In this document: one piece after another, positions 46,408 to 57,050 of the stretch
Layout: each line of letters opens with the position of its first letter
Numbering within the stretch: position 1 is the first letter of the stretch
Source of the DNA: a virus
Lineage: Duplodnaviria; Caudoviricetes
Length of the DNA: 64,000 bases
IMG/VR virus record: IMGVR_UViG_3300033076_001146
Coordinates: 5,284 to 69,283 of that record
Reading direction: 5' to 3' (one strand)
Notes under the pieces: model-generated
What the model saw: only the letters and a program-made list of their open reading frames with translations
The model's database searches: none
Told to the model about the DNA's origin: nothing
Translations under genes and position numbers: made by a program

Positions 46408-47829
46408 TTACCTTACGTCGTAACCATCGGCCCGTGCATCTTCCAGCGCCTTTTCAAAACTGACGCCGTTGTCTTTTGCGTATTGTTCGACCATTGCGCG
46501 GCTGATTGGCTTCAGCTTGCCGCCACTGGCGGGCATCGCCGGACGCGCAGACGACTTGCCGCCGACACGCACACCTGCTTTCCGTTTGATTTCCCCTTGA
46601 ATCCCGGAGCGAATCTTGCGGCGTTCGGCTTCTTCAATGGCCGCGACACGCTGGCGCACTTTGGCCTGCTCTTCCAGACTGGGCGGCTCGTTGGATTCGA
46701 CAAACGAGCCTTGCTGCGCATCCCAACGCTTTTTCGGGACAGGTTTTTGTGGCTCGTAGAGGATTTGTCTTTCGAGCGGGGAAAGCTGCGCATCCAGCAC
46801 GGCTTGCTTGCGGCCCTGCCAAGTGTCTTCCTCAATCTGTGCCGGGTTGCCATCTTCGGCCAAAACATCATCTTCGGCTTGGCGGCGCAATTCTCCCGTA
46901 GAGAGTTGACGATCTGCGCCCGGCTTGACATACGCTGGCCCGACTTCCCTGTTATTCACGTAGTCATACACCGTCGGCACACCATTGCGCATCACTGTCG
47001 TTACCGCCGGACGTGGCGGCGCAACGGGCGTTTGCGGCGCTTGGTAAACCTGCCTGCCGGTTGTGTCAATTACCGAATTATTGCGAGGGACGTTGTGAAA
47101 CACATCGCGCCGTTTGGCTGCTTCGGCTTGTTGGCGATTCTCTTCAATCTGCGCCTCTTGCCCGCGTACCTTCAGTCCGTACAATTCATCATCCCGCTGC
47201 ATCTGCTGATCCGCCAGCACGCGCCGCCCCGGTCCCATCGCAAACCGCGCCTGCGCCATCTGTTCCGGCGCAATCGTCTGCCCCAATGCACCACCCGCAA
47301 AGCCGCCAATCAACCCACCAAGGCCGCCTTGTCCGCCAGACATCGCCATCCCGTACAAGCCACCCTTCAACGCTTCCTTCCAGTCGCGTTTGCCGTGTTC
47401 GCCGACATATTCATTTTCTGCCGCCTTGTACGGCGTGGCGAACCGTGGGCGCGTGGCGATCGGACGTTCCAGCGCGGGCGCTTCTGTCGCGGGCGCATCA
47501 AGCGGCGGCATTACCTGACGCGGGCGCGTATTTACGGGCATCGCGGGCCGGTCGCTTGCGCCACCAGAGTACGAATCACGTAAATTGCCGCCCGGTTGAT
47601 AGTCCGGCATTACTGCGCGCGGACGGCTCGCCGGATTGGGCTGTCCGCTTATTCCCGGCGTCAGATACTCGCGCACCTGCTCCAACTCCGCCGGATTCAC
47701 ATCCGCGCCCGGCGGCATGGGCTGACGACGCGTCGGATTGATTTGGTCTTCGAGCGCGCCGATGCCACGCCGGACACCGCCGACGCCGCGACGAATGGGG
47801 TTAATCAGGAAATCAAGAGGGTTTGGCAT
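46408..47829 (-). CDS. Putative internal virion/ejection protein
   Basis: 473 aa, P/Q-rich with Gly-rich hydrophobic segment; directly upstream of giant gene. Confidence 0.55.
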   Translation of the reverse strand: MPNPLDFLINPIRRGVGGVRRGIGALEDQINPTRRQPMPPGADVNPAELEQVREYLTPGISGQPNPASRPRAVMPDYQPGGNLRDSYSGGASDRPAMPVNTRPRQVMPPLDAPATEAPALERPIATRPRFATPYKAAENEYVGEHGKRDWKEALKGGLYGMAMSGGQGGLGGLIGGFAGGALGQTIAPEQMAQARFAMGPGRRVLADQQMQRDDELYGLKVRGQEAQIEENRQQAEAAKRRDVFHNVPRNNSVIDTTGRQVYQAPQTPVAPPRPAVTTVMRNGVPTVYDYVNNREVGPAYVKPGADRQLSTGELRRQAEDDVLAEDGNPAQIEEDTWQGRKQAVLDAQLSPLERQILYEPQKPVPKKRWDAQQGSFVESNEPPSLEEQAKVRQRVAAIEEAERRKIRSGIQGEIKRKAGVRVGGKSSARPAMPASGGKLKPISRAMVEQYAKDNGVSFEKALEDARADGYDVR

Positions 47830-47844
47830 ACGTCCTCAGTTCAG

Positions 47845-47931
47845 CTAGTCGCAGCCGAAGAATAAATACACGAGTCCCAGGAGGTTGAGCGCAATCAGAA
47901 GCAGGGGCGGCAATGGTGATAGGCAGCGCAT
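47845..47931 (-). CDS. 28-aa hydrophobic peptide
   Basis: MRCLSPLPPLLLIALNLLGLVYLFFGCD; TGATG overlap with fibre stop. Confidence 0.35.
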   Translation of the reverse strand: MRCLSPLPPLLLIALNLLGLVYLFFGCD

Positions 47932-49898
47932 CAATTTGCTATCCGCAAGCACCTGAACCCCGTGCCGCCACTATCTGCCGCGCCTCGCGTTACGCGCTTC
48001 AGACTCCCTGCCGTTACGTCCCATAATCGCAGCCGGGTATCGTCTGCCGTGCTACTAGGGTCTATCTCTAGTACCACCGTATCGCCTACGGTCAACTTAT
48101 GACTGCCGACACTGCCAGCATGATAAAACACACTCGCACCATCCCCTGAGTCACGCCAGATCCCAACGTCATTGGCCGTTCCGCCGCCGTTGCTGAATAC
48201 CACCCCAGTAATTGCGCTAACTGCGCCCGTTCCGGTTAGAGCGATTGATCCCAGCGATAGACCTGCGTCACTAATCGAAAGCCGCTCGACGCCAGCCGTG
48301 CGAAAGCTGAGCGATGAACCGCTGGACGTGTTGAAAACGATATTGCTGGACGAATCGCGGCCAATGAATACGTCATTTGTTGCCCCGCCATTGTCCGCGA
48401 AAATCAATCCGGCTGGCGTGGTGCTTGAGCCATCCCAGGTGTTTGAAATCGTGGCCGAGGACGAGAAGGTTTGCAGGCTCGAAAACGTCTGCGCCAAATT
48501 CGTGCCTGCAATTGTGTAGCTCGCGTCTTGCGGCGTAAGCGTGCGCGTTGTGCCAGTCGTGAGGCCGTCAACCTCAAAGGCCAGTAATTTTGTAGCGTCT
48601 GAGGAACCTTTGACCAGCGCAGTTGAATCCACGAACGGCTGAGACGAACCGGAAGGCGTGCGCCAACTGCCGCCGCTGTAGAAATAGAAATTATTATTGG
48701 TCGTGTCTACGTGAATCGGCGCGCGCCCTGTGTACGTGGTTGGTGTTCCGCTGGGCGCACCCGCTGAAGTAGACACGTAAACAAACCCATCAGTGGCATT
48801 TGTGGCAAGTGCCCCGCTGCCGGGAACGATATTCTTCAAGGCCGTTATCGTCAGCGCGTCGGCGTACGTATTGGCCGTGCTTGAACTACTGCCCGGCGTG
48901 GCAGTCTGAATCACTAGGCTCCCGCTGCCGCCTGTGCCTGTGCCGTTACCGGGTTTTAGTGTCAGGTTCACCCCAGCGTTATTCAATCCCGCCGTATAGC
49001 TCGCCCCGCGAATGGTGGAAGCGGCGGGCGCGGTGCCATCACCAGCCCCGACTAAAATGTTACCAGCCACAGCCAGCTTCTCGCGGATAGAGTTGGAGTC
49101 GTCCGCGTAACCTACCTGCAAGCCTGCGTTGCCGAATGAGCCACGATTTGTGCCCTGTGTGTAAAAGCTGACAAGATTAGTCGTGGTACTCCCGGTGATT
49201 CCCGGCCCGCTGCTAATTGCGCCAATCTGGTCGGATTGCAGCGTAAGCGTATCTGAGCCGTCCACGGAACTGGCGAGTTGCAGCGAAGCCCCTAGACTCG
49301 CATAAGGCGCAGGGTCGCCGCCCGCCAGTTTCAAAATTGCCAATTCACTGCTAGGTGTCGCCACACTGCCCACGAAAAAACGCATTTGCGTTGTAACATG
49401 GTCATTGGTGGGCACACTGGTCGTGTAGATGTCAATTTTCCCACTCGGCCAAAACTCGTCGCCATCGTAGCCTTGCCATTCAATTGCGCCCAACGAGCGC
49501 CCGGTCAGTACTACGGTCGGGCTGCCGCTTGTGCCATAGGCTTTGCGAAAGCGAAAATTTGCCGCGCTGGTGTCGCTGCCGTAATAGGTGGTTGCGGTTG
49601 TACGGGCGTCAATGCGTGCCAAAGGCGAGTCCGCAAAAGCGGTAGGACTTGAACGGTACGGGATAGTACCATTCGTGCTATTGATAGAAGCTCCCCCACT
49701 ACCCCCGCTACTTGTCCAAGTGCCAGAGGCGCAGACCCAGATCACACCAGTCGTCGTCAACTGCACTTCTTGCGCTTTACACGTGCCAGATGGGTCCGTG
49801 GCCGAGCCTTTAAGTTTATTGGCTGTCACGTTCACCGCCTGCCCGTAGGTAGGCAGGCCAAGGACCAGCAAAAGCACTAAAGTCTTGAGAGATTTCAT
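47931..49898 (-). CDS. Tail-fibre-like protein with N-terminal signal peptide
   Basis: G/S/T-rich beta repeats; MKSLKTLVLLLVLGLPTYG-Q. Confidence 0.7.
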   Translation of the reverse strand: MKSLKTLVLLLVLGLPTYGQAVNVTANKLKGSATDPSGTCKAQEVQLTTTGVIWVCASGTWTSSGGSGGASINSTNGTIPYRSSPTAFADSPLARIDARTTATTYYGSDTSAANFRFRKAYGTSGSPTVVLTGRSLGAIEWQGYDGDEFWPSGKIDIYTTSVPTNDHVTTQMRFFVGSVATPSSELAILKLAGGDPAPYASLGASLQLASSVDGSDTLTLQSDQIGAISSGPGITGSTTTNLVSFYTQGTNRGSFGNAGLQVGYADDSNSIREKLAVAGNILVGAGDGTAPAASTIRGASYTAGLNNAGVNLTLKPGNGTGTGGSGSLVIQTATPGSSSSTANTYADALTITALKNIVPGSGALATNATDGFVYVSTSAGAPSGTPTTYTGRAPIHVDTTNNNFYFYSGGSWRTPSGSSQPFVDSTALVKGSSDATKLLAFEVDGLTTGTTRTLTPQDASYTIAGTNLAQTFSSLQTFSSSATISNTWDGSSTTPAGLIFADNGGATNDVFIGRDSSSNIVFNTSSGSSLSFRTAGVERLSISDAGLSLGSIALTGTGAVSAITGVVFSNGGGTANDVGIWRDSGDGASVFYHAGSVGSHKLTVGDTVVLEIDPSSTADDTRLRLWDVTAGSLKRVTRGAADSGGTGFRCLRIAN

Positions 49899-49938
49899 CT
49901 GATTGACTCCGAAATAATGATGAGGAAGGAGAGGGAGA

Positions 49939-50355
49939 TTACTGCGCAGACTTCGGTTTAATCACCAACGTTTTGCCATCCGGCGCGACTGTAATCACAC
50001 AAGACGGGCAGGTATACTTGCTCTGCATCTTGGCCAGGAACGCTTCATAGGTCGCGCCGTCGCGCTGGTTACGCAGAAAGGCCGTTTCCAGATCGCTCCA
50101 CAATTGCGCCTTGGTCGCCACGTCTTTCGGTGCGGCAAGTTGCGCCGTCTCCACCAGTTTGTTCAACGCCGTCTGATTGTCAAGCAGGGGTTGCTGTACC
50201 GCCTGCCATGCTTTCACGTCCTCAGCGTCGTCAATCGTTTTTGCGGCTGGGGCGGATGGCTTCTTGTCTTCCACCTTCTTGCCGTCGTTCTTCGCCAAGT
50301 CCTGTCCCAGAATAAAGGGACAAATTAGCATCATGATCAAAAATGCTTTCTTCAA
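49939..50355 (-). CDS. Signal-peptide protein, helical (possible assembly chaperone)
   Basis: MKKAFLIMMLICPFILG-Q. Confidence 0.6.
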   Translation of the reverse strand: MKKAFLIMMLICPFILGQDLAKNDGKKVEDKKPSAPAAKTIDDAEDVKAWQAVQQPLLDNQTALNKLVETAQLAAPKDVATKAQLWSDLETAFLRNQRDGATYEAFLAKMQSKYTCPSCVITVAPDGKTLVIKPKSAQ

Positions 50356-51002
50356 AACGAAACTCCTTGTTGTTTGGTTGAAACATTGTGCGCCTGTCCG
50401 ATCACAGTCCGGCGCGGTGAAGTGCCTGCCGCTGGCGCTTCAGTGTAGGTGATAATGATCTGCACGTAATCAATATACAGATAGCTGTCGCCGCTGACGC
50501 CCGATGTGGTGCCGACCGAAATGGCGCAGCCCGCGTCGGCGTCGTTCCAGTCAATCGCGGTGGACTCTCCGGCCCAGGTGTCTGCCGATCCGCCAAAGCT
50601 GGATGTCGTGAACGTTGTAAAAAGCCCGCCCGTGGCTTTATTCGCACTGCCAATAGTGCCACTGGCGTTGACCAGTTTGATTGCGTTCCAGGCAAAACCG
50701 CCTGATCCGGCCGGAATCCCGGCAGCATTGACCTGCAATTGAACGCCATTGATCGTTGCGCCGACAGGCAAAGCAAAGCCGAAGTTTGTCAACTTCAGGT
50801 AATGCGTGTATTCACTGCCTGTGGTGGCAATGACCGAAGCGTAAGAGCCTGTCCCGCTACCCGTCGCGTTGGACGGGTCCGTCCACGTCAGCGTGCCGAT
50901 GCTGCTGTCATCTACTGCCGTGCCTGCGTATTTGCTGGACGTGGCGAAATAGGCGGGGCTGGCACTCAGCCAGAAGGCCAGAAACCAATTTAGAAAAAGC
51001 AT
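50352..51002 (-). CDS. Beta-sandwich fibre-associated protein with signal-like N-terminus
   Basis: MLFLNWFLAFWLSASPA; coupled by overlaps to both neighbours. Confidence 0.55.
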   Translation of the reverse strand: MLFLNWFLAFWLSASPAYFATSSKYAGTAVDDSSIGTLTWTDPSNATGSGTGSYASVIATTGSEYTHYLKLTNFGFALPVGATINGVQLQVNAAGIPAGSGGFAWNAIKLVNASGTIGSANKATGGLFTTFTTSSFGGSADTWAGESTAIDWNDADAGCAISVGTTSGVSGDSYLYIDYVQIIITYTEAPAAGTSPRRTVIGQAHNVSTKQQGVSF

Positions 51003-54000
51003 CAGAGTGCGCGCCTCCAGGTTAATTCGACGCCAATCAGCCGTGCCGTGCCTGCCATCGTGTCGCCTGCTTGACTCAATCGCCGCGCCACTTTGACGTG
51101 CATCAATTCACCCGCCGCACAGCCTGTAACCGTGATGGAACTAATTGCGGCGTCATTGGTCTGGTTGGTCGTGCCCTTGGTCGTGTCGGTCACATCGCTA
51201 TAGCTGTTAAATGACGGATCATTCGTTTCACCGTCGGCTACGCACGCCGTCGCTACGCCCCAGATCACATCGCCGCTCGTGGTCGCAGACAGCCACTTAA
51301 AGTTAATGTCTACGTTCCCTGTCCAATCTGAAGGCAAACGCAAGGTGCGCTGCATCGTCAGATCGGTCGCGCCGTCGGCAAAGTCCATCACCCCCTGCAA
51401 CACATTCGTGCCACTGATGGCTGCTGCGGCAGGCGCATTCGAGCTTGGCAAATCCCAATTGGCCGCCGCTGTGCCTGCGTTATTTGCGGCGGCATCTATC
51501 CAAACCTTGATGGGAATGGTGAGCGTGTTGCCCGTGCCTTCGGCGTCAAGTGTTTTATTGGTGAGCGTGTCGGTTGTCGCCTTGCCGACCAGCGTGTCTG
51601 TGGCGGCAGGCAGTGTCAGCGTGCCAGAGGCCGCCGCCGCAGCCGTGATGGTGGTTGATCCTGACGACGAGCCGTAAAACGCCAGCCCGGAGGATGTCAG
51701 GCGTAAGTGTTCTACCGATCCCAAGAGAAAGCGCATCGAGCCGCCGCTTTGCCCTTTGATGATGGCTGCTGCGCCATCCATATCCAACACCGCCGCGCCC
51801 GCCACGATGCCCGCTGAAGGCGAAAAGCCGCTTGAATACGCGGCGATGGCAATGGCTGGGCCGCTTGCGTCACTGACTGCGCTAATCCGGGCTTGCGCCG
51901 CATTGCCGCTGCTGGCATTCGTCACCACCAGCGGCACGGAACTGTTGAGCGATTTGCTGATGTCCAGCCGTCCGGTTGCTGTGACATAGGTAAAATCTGC
52001 GCTGCTGGTGATTGCCCCGCTTGAGCCAAACGCAAGTTCTGCCGCGCCAACGGTGCCTGTTAAGAGCGTGCCCGTAACAGATGGCAGCGTTGCCACAACG
52101 TTACTTGCAAGCGAAGACGGAGCCAACAGCGACGCATAATTACTGCCATTGTCCGTGTCTTCAAACAATCGCAGGTCTGTCGGGCCGGAAGCCGTCGCCA
52201 AAAGCCGGTAAACGCCCGTACCCTTTACCTGGAAATCAAGCCCGACATTGGTGTCGCCGCCCGAAGCGGTGAAAGTTGGATTCGCGCCGGTTGCGGCATT
52301 GGCAAACGTGACCTCGTTGACTGCGCTCGTTACCGTATCAAAGATCAGTAATTCGTTGCCGTTTGCGTCAGCAATAAAGCCCAGGTCGGCAAACTTCGGC
52401 GCGGTCAGTGTCTTGCTAGCCAGCGTAGCCGTGCCATCCGCTGTCACCAAACCACCAGAGGCGTTGTTGAGTGTGACGCCCAGCGCCGTCAGTACGTTCG
52501 TGCCGGGCACAGTTACTGACAACGTGCCATCGCCGCCGCTGGTTGTGACCAAGCCGTTACTGGTTAGGCTGCCCAGCTTCTTATTCGTCAGCGACTCACT
52601 ACCCGCCAGCGTGGCAAGCGTGCCAGAAGTCGGCAACGTGACCGACGAGCCGCCTGCACCATTGAATGTCACGCCCCCGTTGGTTGTCGTGAGCGACGAA
52701 GCAAGCACGAGATTGCCGCCAAGATTGATCGTCTTGGCAGCGTCGTTTAGCGTGATAGTCAGCGCTTTGTTGCCGGTCAGATTCTCCGTGTTGATAATTT
52801 GCAGATCAAACGCGCCTGTACCCGTCGAGCGTATGCCTAGTGAGGTCAAGGCGTCTGCCGTTCCGCCGTTGATATCGGGCGCGGTCAATACCTTATTCGT
52901 CAGCGTCTGACTGTCTGAAGTGCCAACAATCGTGCCGGATGGTGCCGTGACTGCGGTAAAAGCGCTGGTCCCATTGCCGATCAGCACGCCGGTCAACGTG
53001 CCTGCACCTGTTCCACCGCGACTGACCGCCAGTGTGCCTGTCCAGCCCGCCGTAACGCGCAAATTGGTTGAGGATGTATTCGACCACGCCAAGGTAACGT
53101 TGGTGTCGTCCGCGTCGTCAATCGTCAAGTCTGCCGCTGTCAGCGTGTTCAGCGAAGCAATGCCCGAACCGCCGCCGCTAGTTTGATCTGTGCCGCAAGA
53201 GAAAGTCTGCGTGGAATTGTCGTAAAGCAGCTTGGAGGTTGTCGCGTTTGAACAAGACGGCAACGTTTTCAATGCGCCTGTATTTGTGCCTGTGCCAACC
53301 AAGACTTCATTGGCTGCCCAAGTGCCCTGCCCCGTTCCGCCGCGCGTCAATCCCAGCGTGCCCGAAATCACCGCCGCTGCACTGATGCCGCCTGTACCAA
53401 CGGCTGTTACAACGCCAGCGGTAGACATTGCCAGCCCGTGCGAACCGCTCAGGATTTGCAAGGGTGTGGCTGCGTCAGATGAAATCGTGAACGTGGTCGA
53501 ACTAAATCCCAGCTTGCCATAAGCCGTGTTTGTATTGTCGTTGCGGACGTACAACGAGGACGGCCCAACGTGAACTTCTGCCCAGCGCAAGGCCGACGTG
53601 CCCAGGCTGTACATATTGTCGGCGCTCGGGTTGATCTGTGTAGTGGTCAACGTAGACGAAAGCGTTTTGGCCCCGGCAATTGTTTGACTGCCAGTCGTGA
53701 TCAAACCACGCGCCGACCCGGAAGCATCGGGGATATTGAGCGTAATCGTGCCACTGCTGGTAATCGGCGAACCGCTGACGTTGACATCTGAGCCGGACGT
53801 GCCCGCTGCCAAGGCCACACTGGTAACAGAACCGCCCCCGCCGCCTCCTCCGCCCGCTGTGGTCTGCGATGTGCCATCCGGGAAAATGATCGAAGTGCCG
53901 ACGTAGATATTGCGTGGCCGATTCCCTGTTGCGCCAAGGTCTTTGGTGTTAGTCGTGCCGTAAAGGATGTGCCCTGTTGTTACGATGTCGCTGCCAAACT

Positions 54001-56668
54001 TGTACAACGGGCCGGACGCGCTCAGTGTCCCGTTGGTGCTTGACCACGACGGGAAATAATCCAAATTCGGGCCACTCTCAAATTTTGCCCGTTTGTCGAA
54101 GCTCAGTGTCCCGCCATCCGCCACCATGACATCGGCATTCGTCGGCGAAGCTTCGGCAGTGGCCGCAGGTAGAGTGAACGTCAGGTTGGCCGAGGCGGAG
54201 TTCGACGGCTTGAGCGTCGTCTTGTAGCCGCTGTTGTTGTACAAGGCCAGATTCAGTCCCGACGGCAACCGGGCCGCTTCGGTAAAGACGCCCGCCCGCC
54301 CAAACGTGATCGAAACCCCGTCAATGTAATAAATGCCTGCCGCTGCACTTGCGCTGTTCACGAACGCCGCTTGCACCTGCGTGGCGTTTGAAGGTACGGG
54401 CGAAGTCAGCCGCACCGGCACCCACTGATCCGTAGCCGTGATGGCCGCGATGCCGTAAGCCGATGTCCCGCCGTTATACCAGACCTGTAAAGCGACTACA
54501 GGCTGTGTCGCCTGCCCTGATGCCACATACACCCAACCCGTGATGGTGATGGACTGGCCGAGGACACGCGGCAATTCTTCCGCAGGCAGATTGACCAGCG
54601 TGGTTGCCGTCCCGCCAGACACCTTGACCGCATAATCACCATACAACTTGCGCGTATCACCCAGCCCTGTGCCGGTCTGCGTCAACGTGCCGGATGAGAC
54701 GCCCCATTCGGTCGGGTTACTGCCCGCCCACACTTCCGCCCCGCCATTGCGTAATAAGTTGTGGCTTGGCGCTGCGCCCGCTGGACCAGTTGGCGAAGCG
54801 TTTGCGTTGCCTGCGTTGCGGAGCTGGCCTGTGTACGTGCTTTCTGTGCCGTTGTCGGCGAAGGTGCCCGTGCCGGATAGATTCCAGGTTAGGTTGCTAA
54901 AACGATTGCGCTGACTGGCTGAATCCACCGAGAGGTTGTTAATAGCGAGATTTTCAACGGTGATGTCGTCGGCATTGACGAATTCAAGGTTATTGCCGAA
55001 TGAACCCGCACCAATGAAGCCGGACGCCGAGTTTTCAATCTTGATGTTGGCTTTGGTAAAGGTACTGGAAAGGTCTTCGACGTGGACATTGGAGACGCTG
55101 AAATAGTTGGCTCCCTTGATGTGGATGCCGTAGGTCATCGTCGCGCTTTCAATCGTGCCGCCGACAATCCAGTTGTTCGTGGTGCCGGTTGTGCCCGTCG
55201 CGCCGTCAATGAAGATACCCTTCCCCGCCCCAGGCTCAATGACGCAGTTCTTGATGAGATTGGCGTTACTGGGATAAGTCGAACTACCCTTAAACAGCAT
55301 GCCACCGTCCGGCGTGCCATAGGTGTACGGGAATGGTGTCGAATTGCTGACAACTACCTGTTCAAAGGTGTTAATCAAGCAGCCTTCGCACACAAAGCCA
55401 TAACCGCCAGAGGGCGTGCCCGTGCCGATGTACACGTTGCGCACGTCGCCGCGCACGAAGTTTTTCAATAGTAAGCCGTTCTGGGCGCTGTTGGTCGTGC
55501 CCACGATGGCAAGATTTTCAATGCGCGCCGTTTCAATCAGCGTCGAGCCGCCCCGGTCAAAGACGACGCAATCCGTACTGATGCCGACATTGCAGGTAAT
55601 GGCCGAGCCAATGCCGTCGCCGATCAGATTGATGCGCTTGTTGACGAGTACCTGGCTGTTTGTCTTGTAATTGCCATAGGGCAGATACAACGTGTCGCCG
55701 TCGCTCATCGCTGCAATGCAGGAACTAAACGCGCTGGCGTTATTGGTCGAACCGTCCCCCACGCCGCCACAATCGCGGGCAAAGTTGACGGCTTCAATTA
55801 CGCCGGTCAGGTTCGTGCCCGCCGTTGCGCTCAACGTGCCTCCGCTCAACGATAGTCCACTGCCGATGTTTAGGCAGCTTTGCGCGCGGCCCGTCGCGGC
55901 GAAGTAAATCGCCTGATTGGCTGTGCAGCTTGGCAACAGCGAATTTAGCGCACTGGTCGTAACGTAAGTTTCAGGGAGTTGTACCTGTGGCGCAGCATTG
56001 TAGGTGCAGATGTCTTTCCACGATGTTGGGGTAGTCGTCGGGATTCTGAATTGCGTGACGCTGTTGCAGCTATAACTTTGCGCCGCTCCGCCCACTAAGG
56101 CGCCATCAGTCCGATGAAAGAACATTGAGATACGCGCCTGATTGCTGGGCGTGCCGTCCGTCGTCGCGGGCAAGACCATCTCTGGCAGGTATAACGTATC
56201 AATCCCGCTCGCGTTGATCACACTGGCAGCGTAGCGCCGAAATGCGGGCCCGCCATTGTTCGGCGCACCAGGCAACACCGGATTGTTTGAACCGTTCGGG
56301 TAAAAAGAGATGGACGAATAAAGGCGAGCTTCGACGTAGGGATAGAAAATGACTGTGGTGGCACCTGACGAGCCGACATAGTTGCTGGTCAGCGTCAGCG
56401 CCGAAGTCGAAGAGACATAGCTGACATAGTAAAACGTGCCATTGATCGAAATGCGGAATCCGCCGAGTCCGACCCATTGCGTGCGGAACGCGGCGGAACT
56501 GGTCACGCTGGCTGAGCCGTTTGTCACCGTCGCACTCAGGCTGACTTGCTGCCCAAGGTTGGCAGGCTGAAAACCTTGAATTTGATGTGCCGCGATGACA
56601 ACATCGGAGGCCATCACGGGCGCAGCTAACGCCAGCGCAATCAAAAGTGAGAGGATAAACTGCTTCAT
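51002..56668 (-). CDS. 1888-aa tailspike/fibre with pectin-lyase-like beta-helix and CBM-like domain, N-terminal signal peptide
   Basis: DCGGVGDGSTNNASAF...GDTLYLPYGNY beta-helix start (about 55.8 kb); NLLRNGG CBM-like (about 54.75 kb); QTLTNK repeats; ATG 56668 MKQFILSLLIALALAAPVMA. Confidence 0.8.
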   Translation of the reverse strand: MKQFILSLLIALALAAPVMASDVVIAAHQIQGFQPANLGQQVSLSATVTNGSASVTSSAAFRTQWVGLGGFRISINGTFYYVSYVSSTSALTLTSNYVGSSGATTVIFYPYVEARLYSSISFYPNGSNNPVLPGAPNNGGPAFRRYAASVINASGIDTLYLPEMVLPATTDGTPSNQARISMFFHRTDGALVGGAAQSYSCNSVTQFRIPTTTPTSWKDICTYNAAPQVQLPETYVTTSALNSLLPSCTANQAIYFAATGRAQSCLNIGSGLSLSGGTLSATAGTNLTGVIEAVNFARDCGGVGDGSTNNASAFSSCIAAMSDGDTLYLPYGNYKTNSQVLVNKRINLIGDGIGSAITCNVGISTDCVVFDRGGSTLIETARIENLAIVGTTNSAQNGLLLKNFVRGDVRNVYIGTGTPSGGYGFVCEGCLINTFEQVVVSNSTPFPYTYGTPDGGMLFKGSSTYPSNANLIKNCVIEPGAGKGIFIDGATGTTGTTNNWIVGGTIESATMTYGIHIKGANYFSVSNVHVEDLSSTFTKANIKIENSASGFIGAGSFGNNLEFVNADDITVENLAINNLSVDSASQRNRFSNLTWNLSGTGTFADNGTESTYTGQLRNAGNANASPTGPAGAAPSHNLLRNGGAEVWAGSNPTEWGVSSGTLTQTGTGLGDTRKLYGDYAVKVSGGTATTLVNLPAEELPRVLGQSITITGWVYVASGQATQPVVALQVWYNGGTSAYGIAAITATDQWVPVRLTSPVPSNATQVQAAFVNSASAAAGIYYIDGVSITFGRAGVFTEAARLPSGLNLALYNNSGYKTTLKPSNSASANLTFTLPAATAEASPTNADVMVADGGTLSFDKRAKFESGPNLDYFPSWSSTNGTLSASGPLYKFGSDIVTTGHILYGTTNTKDLGATGNRPRNIYVGTSIIFPDGTSQTTAGGGGGGGGSVTSVALAAGTSGSDVNVSGSPITSSGTITLNIPDASGSARGLITTGSQTIAGAKTLSSTLTTTQINPSADNMYSLGTSALRWAEVHVGPSSLYVRNDNTNTAYGKLGFSSTTFTISSDAATPLQILSGSHGLAMSTAGVVTAVGTGGISAAAVISGTLGLTRGGTGQGTWAANEVLVGTGTNTGALKTLPSCSNATTSKLLYDNSTQTFSCGTDQTSGGGSGIASLNTLTAADLTIDDADDTNVTLAWSNTSSTNLRVTAGWTGTLAVSRGGTGAGTLTGVLIGNGTSAFTAVTAPSGTIVGTSDSQTLTNKVLTAPDINGGTADALTSLGIRSTGTGAFDLQIINTENLTGNKALTITLNDAAKTINLGGNLVLASSLTTTNGGVTFNGAGGSSVTLPTSGTLATLAGSESLTNKKLGSLTSNGLVTTSGGDGTLSVTVPGTNVLTALGVTLNNASGGLVTADGTATLASKTLTAPKFADLGFIADANGNELLIFDTVTSAVNEVTFANAATGANPTFTASGGDTNVGLDFQVKGTGVYRLLATASGPTDLRLFEDTDNGSNYASLLAPSSLASNVVATLPSVTGTLLTGTVGAAELAFGSSGAITSSADFTYVTATGRLDISKSLNSSVPLVVTNASSGNAAQARISAVSDASGPAIAIAAYSSGFSPSAGIVAGAAVLDMDGAAAIIKGQSGGSMRFLLGSVEHLRLTSSGLAFYGSSSGSTTITAAAAASGTLTLPAATDTLVGKATTDTLTNKTLDAEGTGNTLTIPIKVWIDAAANNAGTAAANWDLPSSNAPAAAAISGTNVLQGVMDFADGATDLTMQRTLRLPSDWTGNVDINFKWLSATTSGDVIWGVATACVADGETNDPSFNSYSDVTDTTKGTTNQTNDAAISSITVTGCAAGELMHVKVARRLSQAGDTMAGTARLIGVELTWRRAL

Positions 56669-56686
56669 ATTTGGTAGAATTGGGTT

Positions 56687-56875
56687 ATGAATTGGGATAA
56701 GTTTTTCTTTTTTAGTTTTGGTTTTCTGAGCAGTGCTTGGCTGTACACTTTTGCAAAAATAAGCGAAACAAATGACAAACGTTACGCTGTCGTGCTGGCG
56801 ATGCAAACTGTCTGGCTCATTTTTATGACGTATGTGGCCGCTAGGAAAACCGCCCAACCAAAGGACACGCAATGA
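56687..56875 (+). CDS. Small two-helix membrane protein
   Basis: 62 aa, two hydrophobic segments. Confidence 0.45.
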   Translation: MNWDKFFFFSFGFLSSAWLYTFAKISETNDKRYAVVLAMQTVWLIFMTYVAARKTAQPKDTQ

Positions 56876-57049
56876 ACATAGACGACTTGAGAGTTTATCT
56901 ACTGGCTCGCTACGAAACACTTACGCGCGACTTGACGCAGATACAAGACCTTACGGAACGGCTGGCCATGCTGGCTAGAATCAACGAAGTAGCGGACTTG
57001 GTACGCTTACTTGATGTCAAAACACCCGCCCAACCAAAGGACACGCAAT
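56850..57049 (+). repeat. 24-bp direct repeat CCGCCCAACCAAAGGACACGCAAT at gene junctions
   Basis: Identical copies at 56850-56873 and 57026-57049. Confidence 0.9.
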
Positions 57050-57050
57050 A
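56872..57050 (+). CDS. Small hypothetical protein between repeats (end approximate)
   Basis: MNIDDLRVYLLARY...PAQPKDTQ, AAAGGA RBS inside repeat. Confidence 0.5.

Noticed and set aside
47931-56668. Diversity-generating retroelement targeting the fibres
   Set aside because: No reverse transcriptase or TR/VR repeat pair seen in the window
56669-56920. 84-aa N-terminal extension of the spike ORF
   Set aside because: Low-quality sequence antisense to the plus-strand mini-genes; ATG 56668 gives a clean signal peptide
56850-57049. CRISPR mini-array
   Set aside because: Only two repeats, a 152-nt spacer that is an ORF, no palindrome, no cas genes
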